Assembly (NCBI GenBank): GCA_964248365.1
Contig: CAXTYC010000018.1
Span: forward strand, 1-64,000
DNA length: 64,000 nucleotides
Direction of reading: 5' to 3'
Origin: an uncultured Chroococcidiopsis sp.
GTDB lineage: Bacteria; Cyanobacteriota; Cyanobacteriia; Cyanobacteriales; Chroococcidiopsidaceae
The notes below the pieces were generated by a model, which saw nothing but the letters and a program-made list of their open reading frames with translations, ran no database searches and was not told the origin of the DNA. Below, piece after piece: positions 54,125-64,000 of the stretch (position 1 is its first letter; each line of letters opens with the position of its first letter). A program made the position numbers and the translations under genes.

Positions 54125-57100
54125 AGACAAGAAAGTCTGTTTCTTTGAGCAGGTGTAAAAATATTCCCCATAGTTCTCTAGCAATAGTCGCTTCCCAAGG
54201 AATATCAGAACTCATCCAAAATTCAAGAGTTTTAATAATAGCAACTAGGAGTGAAGTTGTTTCATCATCTTGCTTATTATCTGCGGATAGGGGAGCAAAG
54301 CTTTTATCGAGCCAATAAACATTTATTGGAACATTCCCCCTTACGCCTCTGCCAATAACTTGCCAGATAGAAACAACTTGATTAGCGCATAACGTCCATC
54401 GTTCTTTGGCAGTTAAGTCACTAAAATATACACTTTTACTAGTAAGCTTCATTAACTCAATCCATGCTGCACGGGCAAAATAATCTCCCTGCATCTGCAA
54501 TGTAGAATATTGGTGAATGAGTTGATTTGGCTCAAATTGTTGTAATGCCCAGCTATTGAGTCCCTGTACCACTTCAAACCAATCATGGGGAACTGGCATA
54601 GGTCGTTTGATAAATAAAATCGTACCAAAAGCAGCTTTTTTCTCATCATTGAGGGCATTGTGACTCCGTTCCATTGCGCCTAATACTCCTACAAGTAACC
54701 GAATAATTGATTCAGCTACTTTTTCAAATTCTCCTCGCTTCAAGCCAGGATACCAATGAACGCGATTATCTGCGTCACGACGCAATGGTTGAATAGCATT
54801 AATATCGCCTACAGGATGACGATAGCGCGATCGCAATTCTTGTATAATCCACTCAGCTTGTTCGTAGCTTCCGGTAACTCCGAGTATTCTTTCTCGGTCT
54901 GACCAAAGCGCTGGGTCATCCTGTGCTAATTCTTTCAGTTCTTCAAAGCGATCGTCAAGGAAATTTGGATACACTCCAGTAATAGCCTTTGCCATTTCTC
55001 GGTAAGCCATTTCAACTTTGTGTTGTGGAACACCGGAAATAGCGATGTATTTACCTTTTTCATTTACATTTAATTGAGGAGAAAAGACAAACTTTCCTTG
55101 CAAAATGGGGTCAGTTGATGACTTGGATTTGAGTAGTAAACTGGGACGAATAGGAATATGAAAAGCACTGCTTCCTGGTGCATAACTGGTTCCCGATACC
55201 AAAACTGTATGGGCGCTATCCCAGCCGTCAATTTCCAGCAACTTGTCAAAGTTCAACAACAAACTTTCCCCTACACCTAGATAGCGGAAGTATTTTAGAA
55301 TTCCACCTCCCTCTTTGTTGGGATAGTACAAGAAACCTAAAAGGTTTCCCACAGGAGATTCTGGAATCATTGCTAGATATTCTTGTGGCGGTCGAAGAAT
55401 TAATGGAAAGGCGTTATTCTGAAAGGCTTGTAAATCCAAAAGTTCCACCTGATTGTCCACCAACTTTTGCAGATGATGGCTTAAAATAGCTAGCAAAATT
55501 CCAAATCTAAATTTTTCAACTAATTCATCTAAGCTGTCATCTGGACAAGACAAGCCTTTTTTCGCAAGCCAATCTAGACACCAATATCGCAAATCATCTA
55601 AAGCTAAATCGCTCGTTCCTAGTAAAATTAATTCACGAGCAATGTTGGTAAGTTCATCTATTTTTTTCTATCCAAAGGATTAATGTTGCCAAGTCCATCT
55701 TTTTTTCGTTTATCCAAAGGATTATCTATAAATAATTTCAATTCACTCAATATTGCTCGAAAGGAATCTGTATCTGTTATGCCAGAGCAATCTAGCAGTT
55801 CTTGCACTATCCTTGAAAAAACACCGTAACTGTGAAAAGTTATTTTTCCTAGCCAGCCTACTAACAATGGATTCTTATTTAACTACCTGTATAGTGGAGG
55901 GATAGCTAATTCAATAATGTTGTAGCAATTAGCAAACTTTTCCCAAGATTTGTATTTAGTTTGAGGTCTATTTGAATTATTGATTTGGCTGAGTTCTATT
56001 CCAGTTTGATTAATTAACCCACCTTTTGCAATTAATTCAGCTTCTGGAGCAAACACATTATTTAATCTGCCCTTCATTAAGTCAGCTTCATCAACAAATA
56101 AAAACTCACATTCCCTAGCAACAAATTCTGCAAAGCGAATTTTATCAAGCGATACGCTTCTAGGAACTGGGGTATGAACAAAACTTTCTGGCGTTAATAC
56201 CCACACCAACCCGTTAGCAATGTCACGTTCTATTTGGTGTCGAGGACAAGTATAGTAATAAGGGCAGGTACTATCTACATTAGATCTCTTTGTGGCATTT
56301 GGTTCTTTTTGATAAAGCGCGTGACAAGGTTCTTCGCCAAAATTCCAAATGTCGGCAGATGCAACATGAGAAAGGAGAGGACATGATTCATTAAACCATT
56401 CCCTTACCGGATGTATTGCCCCCTGTTCTACATCACTTCCTGTGGTTTGAAGTATAGACTTATTAATTTTCTCTAAGTGTTCTACTCGGTTTTTACCTAG
56501 TATTGGTGCAGCAGGGATTTCTAAAAGATGTTTGAAGAGACTAGCTTTTCCGACTTGCGAGACTACATCACTAACTATTAATGCACAGCGTTTAGCATTT
56601 CTACCTCTAGAAACTAAATTAAAACTGACTACATCAATAAATGTTGACTTACCTACATTCAACAGCCCAACAATATGATTTAATCGATCTAAAGTCAAAA
56701 TAGTATCTTCAGAAAAATCATTTAAGGACTGGTTATAGACAGATAAAACAATATTTCTAAAGCGTTCATAGTAATTTAAATATATGTTGGAACGTGCTAG
56801 TCGGCAATCCATTTCTTTGGCACTTAATAAAAGTGACTTCAAGGAAAAAGTATAAGCCGGATTAGACTCACTTCGAGTTCTGACAAAGCGAACGATTGGA
56901 CTTCTGGGTAAATTTAATACACTTTGAGGAAGATTGATGACAACAGGGTCTTCTCCTTTCTTGATTTCAGCTAGCCATCGTCCTTCTTGTCTGGCTAGTT
57001 TTACCTTGTGTTGCTTAACTGCGGGAGATGTCTGCAAGACATAACGATAGACACGATGCCGATAATAACTATGTTGTCTGGAAGTGGGTATTTGTTCAGC

Positions 57101-57445
57101 ATCAGCTAAATCAAAAGCTTTGAGAACATCAGGGATGTCTTTAATGTATTCATCTAGATGATATTCCCAATCACTACCTTTGTATTCCAATAGATAAAAT
57201 CTAGCTATTTTACAAGTAAGCCATTTATTACCAATTGCTGGAAAACGATATCCTGAGATTAAATGTCTTACTTCTGTTGCGGGTTGTGTAGGTGCTACTT
57301 CCAAAAGCAGCGATAAACCTAACTCAACATGAACAATTAGCCTTGCTATTCTTCCTCTTTCTTCCTCTGCCCATCTTGCAACTACATCAGGATTTTGCTT
57401 TAATTCTTTTACTAAATTTTGATACCAATCGGTTGTATCTCTCAT
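54084..57445 (-). pseudogene. pPIWI-RE-associated DinG-like SF2 helicase (~1120 codons), broken by one in-frame TAG and one frameshift
   Basis: Walker A VGLLNVGKST, Cys cluster, Walker B FVDEAD, SGTSYAPGS, TGSYEQA, MERSHNALN and QVIGRGVRGNVP..LD.SFAP. TAG at 55885-55883. Frameshift at the A7 run 55667-55661. Confidence 0.85.
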
Positions 57446-58524
57446 TTTGTAATTATTTCCTTGGCTTGTTTGATGATTTCACCAATCGACCTTAGCTGTA
57501 ATCCCTTAAGGGCTTGAGGTTGAAATTTTTTTCTTTTACGAATAGCTGGAATATTTAAATCATTCTCATCAGGAAAGACTACAAAGGTTGCATCAACATC
57601 TGGTTGACATCTAACTTTTGATAATCTTTCTTCGCTGACATAAGACCAATCTTTTACATCAATTGCCCATCTTTGGGAATTAGGAAATTCTACAAGTAAA
57701 TCGTATCTATCAATTTGAGGATAAAGCGTGACAAGTGCGCCTAATTCAACCAATTTGTCTCGCAGGTATAATTCCCAAATGCCTGGAATAGTACCGTAGC
57801 GATGAACTCCTAGCGTTACAGCTACCCACTCGCTAATTTCTTCTGCGGGAATAACCCGAATATTCTTTAATTTTTTCTGACTTACAATTAATTCACAAGA
57901 TTTCTTGCGACAAATATATTCTCCTTCCCATAGCCGCTGGATATATCCACATCGGGGACACAGACGACACTCTGTTCCTCCAAATAAGTTTGCTACTGGT
58001 CGATAAAATCCCTCGTCGTCTAACTTGAAAAAATCTCGAACTTTTGCCAGTTCCTTTGTATCAAGCTTTTTCCGAAGTTGGGTAAGTGTCAAAACTGGAT
58101 GAGTACCAATTAACTCACGCGCTTTTCTGTAAGATTCGTCAAGCTGGTTTCTTTCGCAATACTCCTTGAGTTTCGCAAGGGTTAATTCTTGAACTTGGTG
58201 AATGCTGTCTTTACCAGATAATGCCCAATCTCTAGCAAAATCGGAAACCAACCCATATTCTAAAAGGGTTGCATTGTCAGGAATGCTTGGCACTTTGGCA
58301 GGTTCCCACCAAGATTTGATTGGTTTAGCTGCTTCTTCAAATAATTCTGGAAGTGTGGTAGGGACTTGTTTTTGAGATAATGCAGCAGCTGCACACATTC
58401 TCGACATTCCTATTCGCAAGGATTGAGGAATTTGAATACGTTTTTCTGGCGGTGTTTCCTCCCACTCAACTAACCCTGTTGCTAGATAGTGAACAGTGGT
58501 GTCATCTTTGGTTGATGCACTCAT
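57442..58524 (-). CDS. pPIWI-RE-associated restriction-endonuclease-fold protein (Y domain, Zn ribbon, REase)
   Basis: CPRCG..C..C, PGIWELYL, LYPQIDRYDL..WAIDVKDW (D..D-x-K). ATGA overlap with the helicase gene. Confidence 0.85.
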   Translation of the reverse strand: MSASTKDDTTVHYLATGLVEWEETPPEKRIQIPQSLRIGMSRMCAAAALSQKQVPTTLPELFEEAAKPIKSWWEPAKVPSIPDNATLLEYGLVSDFARDWALSGKDSIHQVQELTLAKLKEYCERNQLDESYRKARELIGTHPVLTLTQLRKKLDTKELAKVRDFFKLDDEGFYRPVANLFGGTECRLCPRCGYIQRLWEGEYICRKKSCELIVSQKKLKNIRVIPAEEISEWVAVTLGVHRYGTIPGIWELYLRDKLVELGALVTLYPQIDRYDLLVEFPNSQRWAIDVKDWSYVSEERLSKVRCQPDVDATFVVFPDENDLNIPAIRKRKKFQPQALKGLQLRSIGEIIKQAKEIITK

Positions 58525-58532
58525 ATAGCAAG

Positions 58533-58608
58533 GCTATCCGAATTTTGAAATTTAATTGCTTGGTGGGCAATGCTATCCGAATTGTGAAATTTAATTGCTT
58601 GGTAGGCA
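58533..58608. repeat. 39-bp tandem duplication upstream of the pPIWI-RE operon
   Basis: GCTATCCGAATT(T/G)TGAAATTTAATTGCTTGGT(G/A)GGCA starts at 58533 and at 58572. Confidence 0.9.
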
Positions 58609-58748
58609 TGGGTGGCAAACAGTATATTGTATGTATCGAATATTACTCAAGCGCAAAAGACGGGGTGTGGATTTATATTTTCGAGACTGGAAGGTTGTGG
58701 CGATGCCTGCGGCAACGCTAAAAGCGTACTTACTAAAATTAAGCTATT

Positions 58749-59350
58749 CTATCTCTTAATATATTCGTCATACTTAAACTCATCTTTATCTAAAGAATAC
58801 TTAACCACTTCTGGCTCAATTTCTGGATGAATAAACTGTAGCTCAAATTTCAAACCTGCTTTTTCCATGACGCGGATAGATGCTTTGTTAGCGGATATTG
58901 CTGATGACACTACTCGCCACGTACCTAATTCACAAAAGCCTTTCAATATCAATGCGCGAGATGCTTCTGTAGCGTAGCCTTTACCCCAATCCCTCGGCGC
59001 AAACGATAACCTAGCTCAATATCGTTGTCATTATATAATCTTGAATTGACATTGAACTGACTATCTAATGCTGGTCTAAATTGAAACCAACCGATAAATT
59101 CATTACTCAGCTTTTCAATAGCTGCCCAAAATCCATAACCTTCATACTTTTGGTAGTAGCTAGTAAATTTGGGTAATGTTTTATTTATGATAGTTTCGTA
59201 ATCTGTATCTATGGGATTTCCACCCTTGATGATTCCTAAATTGACAAAACGAATTACATTGCGATCGCTGTCTAATTCAAATAAATTATCAGCATCATTT
59301 TCGGTAAACTGACGTAGAATTAATCTTGGTGTTACAAGAAACACTTTCAT
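58749..59350 (-). pseudogene. RimJ/RimL-type GNAT acetyltransferase, frameshifted
   Basis: TPRLILRQF..FIGW..IELGYRL, a break near 58990 (WGKGYATEA continues in another frame), then NKASIRVMEKAGL. Confidence 0.85.
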
Positions 59351-59444
59351 ATATCTTCCTTACCATAATAAAATAGATCCTCATTGCCCAGCCAAGACCT
59401 GGTAACAAGAAGTTGAGCAGTCACGCCAAAGCACAAAACAAGTA

Positions 59445-60443
59445 ATGTCCCGAACGAATTTCCTATCAGAAACTATTCAACAAACAAAATCATTTGAAGC
59501 AGCGATGCCGTTGATGGCTCAAACAAGTGGGTCTCAATTTCTTCTCCAGCCTAACCAAACTGATAAAGTATGTGTTTTCTTTCATGGATTTACTGCTACT
59601 CCAGAACAATTTGTCGTAATAGGACTCGCATTTTACCAGGCGGGATATAATGTTTTGATTCCTTTGCTACCAGGACATGGGATTGCAGGTGATTGGGATA
59701 AAGATAATCCGCCTCCTCTACCTGAAGATAAACAAATTTATCAAAAATTCGGGTTGCATTGGCTACAAGTCGCCCAATCTTTGGGGAAAAAAGTAATTGT
59801 GGGAGGGTTATCAGGTGGTAGTACTTTGGCGGCTTGGCTTGCGTTAGAATGTCCCGAACAAATAGATCGTACTTTAGTTTTTGCGCCGTATTTGAGTGGC
59901 AGTAATAAAGTAGTTGATTTATTTGTGCGGTTGTTCAATATATACTTTCAGTGGCGGACTGAACCAGGATTAGCACATTTTGGCTATGATGGGTTTCTGA
60001 TGCCAGCTTTGCGAGTTTTTTTAGATATGGGTACTGATGTACTTGAGCAAGCACAAAAGACTGTTGCAGCGCCTATGATAATAGTATCAAGTGAGAGCGA
60101 TCGCGCTGTAGGTAATCGAGAGCATAAAGCTTTGTTTGAAGCTACCGTTGGGTTCCAGCCTAAATCCTGGTATATCAGCTTTGATCAAGAGTGGGATATC
60201 CCCCACAATATGATGACAGTAGCTGAAGGGAATGAAAATCTAAATTTACTTATAACCCTTAGCTTAGCTTATGTCAAAAGTGATTTAACTTGGGCTGAAG
60301 TTACAGAAATTAGCGATCGCTTGCGGCTGGGTAATTCATTTGATACCGTAATTAATCAACTGCATCTTGCTCACTCGGTTGCACCTGAACTTTTTACCAT
60401 AACAGGCATAATTGATTCATCTATTGAGGAACTGAAACACTAA
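59445..60443 (+). CDS. Alpha/beta hydrolase (carboxylesterase-like)
   Basis: FFHGFT, LLPGHG, nucleophile elbow GLSGG, D and H (IPHN). Confidence 0.85.
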   Translation: MSRTNFLSETIQQTKSFEAAMPLMAQTSGSQFLLQPNQTDKVCVFFHGFTATPEQFVVIGLAFYQAGYNVLIPLLPGHGIAGDWDKDNPPPLPEDKQIYQKFGLHWLQVAQSLGKKVIVGGLSGGSTLAAWLALECPEQIDRTLVFAPYLSGSNKVVDLFVRLFNIYFQWRTEPGLAHFGYDGFLMPALRVFLDMGTDVLEQAQKTVAAPMIIVSSESDRAVGNREHKALFEATVGFQPKSWYISFDQEWDIPHNMMTVAEGNENLNLLITLSLAYVKSDLTWAEVTEISDRLRLGNSFDTVINQLHLAHSVAPELFTITGIIDSSIEELKH

Positions 60444-60570
60444 TCTGTCTAAACAGCAAACAAGATAAGATCGCAAGTTAATTTTAACTTTGTTGAATAT
60501 GACATAATCACGAATATAAAGCTATTTGTCGCTAGCATATTTCTTACAACTGAGCTTTATTTTTCATTCC

Positions 60571-60822
60571 ATGCCATCAAAAAAGGTTTTTGTCCGAGAG
60601 TACACTGTTCGCGCCCATGAGCGGGTGATCAACACGCGCTTGTATAAATTTATCTGCGCTTCTTGTCAGCAGCCGACACAACGCGAATCTTATGGTCCCC
60701 GTCCGCTTTATTGTTTAGTGTGTCGTCCGCCCGTGTCTCCAACCGAGACGACTTCACACAAAAAGAAGAAACCTAGACCAGTTAAGGTACTCCCAGCGCG
60801 AAATCGAAGGAAATCATCCTAA
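60571..60822 (+). CDS. Small basic Zn-ribbon hypothetical protein
   Basis: [25 protein letters not shown] with a K/R-rich tail. Confidence 0.7.
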   Translation: MPSKKVFVREYTVRAHERVINTRLYKFICASCQQPTQRESYGPRPLYCLVCRPPVSPTETTSHKKKKPRPVKVLPARNRRKSS

Positions 60823-60884
60823 GTGGGTAATTCTCCTTTTTATATGCCTGCGGTTCTAAAAGAAAAATCCATCTTCCCACTAGC

Positions 60885-61316
60885 TTAGTGTGGATCGCCG
60901 ATTAGGGCGTATTCATATTTACCAAAAATTGCTTCCGCGTGACGATAATACTTAAATTCCATCAAGTTATAAAACGGATCTTCTAAAAAGAAGGTGCTAT
61001 GCTCCAGAGGTGAATCGACAAAGCGGTGCTTGGGTTCCTCTCTAAATAGTAGTTGTTGTTGTTGCGATCGCGTAAGCAAACTTTCCCAGTCACTTTGGGA
61101 AGTAAAAATCAGCCCAAAGTGTCTAGGATAGATACCTCGTTGAGGAGTAACAGGCTCTTTAGTGACGTGAGCCACTAGCTGATGACCATACAGATCTAAA
61201 ATCAGGGCATGACGAGTTTCACGACCAGCAATACAACCCAAGCCATCAACATAGAATGCTTTGGTTTGAGCAATATCGGTAACGGGAAAAGCAAGATGAA
61301 ATATCGTTTGATTCAT
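60885..61316 (-). CDS. VOC/glyoxalase family protein
   Basis: FHLAFPV..FYVDGLGC..GHQLVAH..PRHFG..DPFYNLMEFK. Confidence 0.9.
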   Translation of the reverse strand: MNQTIFHLAFPVTDIAQTKAFYVDGLGCIAGRETRHALILDLYGHQLVAHVTKEPVTPQRGIYPRHFGLIFTSQSDWESLLTRSQQQQLLFREEPKHRFVDSPLEHSTFFLEDPFYNLMEFKYYRHAEAIFGKYEYALIGDPH

Positions 61317-61391
61317 ATATATTAAGTTGCAGCGATTGCAAGCAAAACTTACTTGGGTAAACTAGCTTTTTTAATATTTTGGCAAACTAAA

Positions 61392-62186
61392 ATGTTTCTA
61401 AATTCATCATTTCTCAATCCTTGGCTAATTGCTGTTGGGCTGAATACAGTTTTACTGAGTATAGGCTTGATTGCTCCCAAAAAGCTCCTTACGAGGGCAG
61501 GGCTATTGCATGGCTGGTTGCTAGGTGTAATTCTTTGGGGTTGCTTGGGGTGGCAGGGATATTTAGTGGTACTTTTCTATTTTCTAGTAGGTTCTGCTGT
61601 CACGCGCATTGGCATGGCACAAAAAGAAGCCGAAGGAATTGCTGAAAAACGCTCTGGGGCGCGGGGACCTGAGAATGTTTGGGGTTCGGCACTCACAGGA
61701 ACTCTGTGTGCTTTGGGAGTGCTGATTGTTCCTATTGTTTACCCTTCCGCCAAAGTCTCCCCGCTTGGGGATGGGGGGATTACATATCTACTATTGTTGG
61801 GTTTTGTGGCAAGTTTTAGCACCAAGCTGTCTGACACCTGTGCCAGCGAAGTCGGAAAAGCTTACGGCAAAAGGACATTTCTAATTACCACCCTGCAACC
61901 AGTGCCACGCGGTACAGAAGGAGCTGTCAGTTTGGAGGGGACGCTAGCTGGGATTGTGGGTTCAGCTGCTATGTCCCTGGTAGGCTGGCTCGTAGGTTTA
62001 ATCGACTTGACAGGAGTGATATTTTGTGTCTTAGCAGCATTTATTGCCACCAATATAGAAAGCTTGATTGGGGCAACACTGCAAGCTAAGGTAAGTTGGC
62101 TGACAAATGAAGTAGTGAATATTTTGAATACTTTGATTGGTGCGATCGCTGCCGTGTTATTAGCTTTAGCATGGCAACTGGTATAA
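61392..62186 (+). CDS. TIGR00297/DUF92 membrane protein (VTE6-like)
   Basis: RGPENVWGS, KLSDTCASEVGK, GTEGAVSLEGTLAG and TNEVVN. Confidence 0.9.
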   Translation: MFLNSSFLNPWLIAVGLNTVLLSIGLIAPKKLLTRAGLLHGWLLGVILWGCLGWQGYLVVLFYFLVGSAVTRIGMAQKEAEGIAEKRSGARGPENVWGSALTGTLCALGVLIVPIVYPSAKVSPLGDGGITYLLLLGFVASFSTKLSDTCASEVGKAYGKRTFLITTLQPVPRGTEGAVSLEGTLAGIVGSAAMSLVGWLVGLIDLTGVIFCVLAAFIATNIESLIGATLQAKVSWLTNEVVNILNTLIGAIAAVLLALAWQLV

Positions 62187-62296
62187 TTTTATGCCTTCTA
62201 TCTAATACCAAATTGGTAATCAATAATCGGTAGAGACGTAGCAGTGCTACCTGTCTACTGGTAATTGGTAATTGGTAATTGCTTTTTAATTACGAA

Positions 62297-64000
62297 TTAC
62301 GAATTACCAAGTGGTATGAGATTTTCAACTAGTAGCCACTTAGCAGCATGATTCAATCGACCTCTTACTGTAAGTGGTTGCTGGTGCGGATAAATTTGCA
62401 GTTGCTTGTCTATTGGCGATCGCAAAGTAACTAATGTCCATTCTCCTTGCTCTTGCACTGGTTCAGCCACACTCAAGGTATAATTTTGCTCATTCCAACG
62501 GCAGAAAATCCCCGAAAACAATTGATAATTTCCCCCAACCTCCCCAGCTTCCCCAACAGGACAATCACCACTAGCAGGATAATTTTCAGGGTGCTCTAGG
62601 TAGTAGCGTTGCCAGTGCAGCCAGTCGGGGTGATCGGGTGGTAAGTTAAATAATGGAATAATTGCCGTTGGACAGCGTTGGTCTTGCAACAAAGCTGATT
62701 GCAAATCTCTCACAGGCAAATCTCTGGGTTGACAACCTCTAGCCACACATAGCGCCGCCGCCATACCAGCCGCCATCCCAATATTCATAACCAGGGGCTG
62801 CAATCGAGTAGCGCCATTGGCAATATGAGACACTGAGATATTTTTTTCACACACCAATAAACCATCTGTATGGGCTGGAATTAGACAGCCGTAGGGAAGG
62901 GTAAAAGGTGTTCCCGTCCAGCGTCCTCCCCAACGAATTGATTTTGGTTGCAGCGGAAAATCTATCCCAGGATAGTGGTGGTCATTGGCATAGTTACCAA
63001 GAGCGATCGCGCTTACCCTTCCTGCTGCATCTACTGGTAATCGAGCAACTCGACCCCCAGCAACGGGTAAAATATCTTGCTCCCGCACCTGTGCTAATCC
63101 CACCAAGCGACGACTTTCTCGGTAGTAAGGATGCAAGGCGTACGCACCAGTTTGATTTTGGATTTTAGCTCCCCCCTTATGAAGGGGGGTTGGGGGGATT
63201 GGATTTTGGATTATCTCGCCCCTGATTGAAGGAAAAATACCCTCTGCTAAGCCGTAGCGACGACCTAACTGGGTTTGGATAAAGTGGGCGAAACTTTGCG
63301 TATGCCGCATAGCTTCTTGGAGAAATTGATACCTTGCTTGCTCCCCGTCAATCAAACGCCCTAAACCTTCACCGTAGTCATTACCACATTGGGGCCAGTT
63401 GATCATAAACAATCCCCCTGGTAAGCGTCCGTAATTCAGGAATTGTTCGCTACCATAGCCATCCCAAGCCCCCATAAACTGAGTTAAGTCGTGGGGTGGA
63501 GGGGGAATTTCCATCGCCCCTGATTCCCCGAAATCCTGCATAATCACTACCCAGGTGGGCGCTTGTACTGGGTATTTTGCTGTAAGTGAATTAGGAGCTT
63601 TTGGCGCACTAGGTTCTGACCACTGGGATTGCCATTCCCAACCCCAGCGGTAAGGAACATCCGACATTGCAAGTAAATCACCTAGTTCGGTAGCGTCTAG
63701 GGTAATCTGGGCTGTGACGGTAAAATCAGCAAACTGCACTCCCGTAATGCGATCGCCTTGTCGTAAAACAGCTCGTGGTACTTGCCCAACTATCCAATGC
63801 AAGCAAGGTAATTCTTGTACCCAAGAGGCAAAAATCTGCGCCCCTAGCCGAGGATCAAAGCTAAAAAAGCTAACCCAGCTATTATCTAATCCTCCTAGCT
63901 GACGCTGTTGCAATTCGCCCAGAAACGCCCCCCACATCCCTGTTTGAAAGGAAACCAATTCATTGCCATCGGGCGCAGACACCCCAGCTGATGTCAGCAT
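62297..64000 (-). CDS. FAD-dependent oxidoreductase (5' end outside window)
   Basis: MLTSAGVSAPDG, LDATELGDL, PYYRESRRL and VSHIANGATRLQP. Confidence 0.85.
   Translation of the reverse strand: MLTSAGVSAPDGNELVSFQTGMWGAFLGELQQRQLGGLDNSWVSFFSFDPRLGAQIFASWVQELPCLHWIVGQVPRAVLRQGDRITGVQFADFTVTAQITLDATELGDLLAMSDVPYRWGWEWQSQWSEPSAPKAPNSLTAKYPVQAPTWVVIMQDFGESGAMEIPPPPHDLTQFMGAWDGYGSEQFLNYGRLPGGLFMINWPQCGNDYGEGLGRLIDGEQARYQFLQEAMRHTQSFAHFIQTQLGRRYGLAEGIFPSIRGEIIQNPIPPTPLHKGGAKIQNQTGAYALHPYYRESRRLVGLAQVREQDILPVAGGRVARLPVDAAGRVSAIALGNYANDHHYPGIDFPLQPKSIRWGGRWTGTPFTLPYGCLIPAHTDGLLVCEKNISVSHIANGATRLQPLVMNIGMAAGMAAALCVARGCQPRDLPVRDLQSALLQDQRCPTAIIPLFNLPPDHPDWLHWQRYYLEHPENYPASGDCPVGEAGEVGGNYQLFSGIFCRWNEQNYTLSVAEPVQEQGEWTLVTLRSPIDKQLQIYPHQQPLTVRGRLNHAAKWLLVENLIPLGNS

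Noticed and set aside
51407..54184. 925-aa start for pPIWI-RE at 54184
   Set aside because: It would overlap the helicase gene by about 100 bp. The ATG at 54124 (MTNKSN) is more plausible.
58533..58608. Mini-CRISPR upstream of pPIWI-RE
   Set aside because: The two repeats abut with only 2 nt between them, so there is no spacer.
1..64000. tRNA, rRNA, integrase or att sites bounding the pPIWI-RE block
   Set aside because: I saw no tRNA or rRNA signature, no integrase and no convincing flanking direct repeat by eye. A covariance-model search was not possible.

Overview
Cyanobacterial chromosomal DNA, judged from abundant HIP1 GCGATCGC octamers, heptameric STRR tandem repeats and typical cyanobacterial genes. 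The core genes are an RNase R/Zam-family nuclease, clpP, dnaX, mgdA, ebsA, yajQ, smtA, a P450, metH, recQ, deoC-recO-MFS-dgdA-like and TIGR00297. Three accessory zones stand out. (1) At 1-3206 there is a nest of mobile elements: an IS200/IS605 tnpB carries a ~110-bp hairpin mini-element and a group II intron. The intron's EBS1/EBS2 match 12 nt of tnpB perfectly, and its RT gene is in turn interrupted by an IS4-family element. (2) At 37.5-41.6 kb there is a C5-methyltransferase plus restriction endonuclease pair, possibly CGATCG/HIP1-specific, flanked by gene remnants and a 64-bp direct repeat. (3) At 51.4-58.6 kb there is an AT-rich three-gene pPIWI-RE (prokaryotic Argonaute/PIWI-related) operon encoding an REase, a DinG-like helicase with one in-frame TAG and one frameshift at an A7 run, and pPIWI-RE, with a 39-bp tandem repeat just upstream. 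Many accessory genes are pseudogenised. All family calls come from recalled motifs and were not checked against any database.
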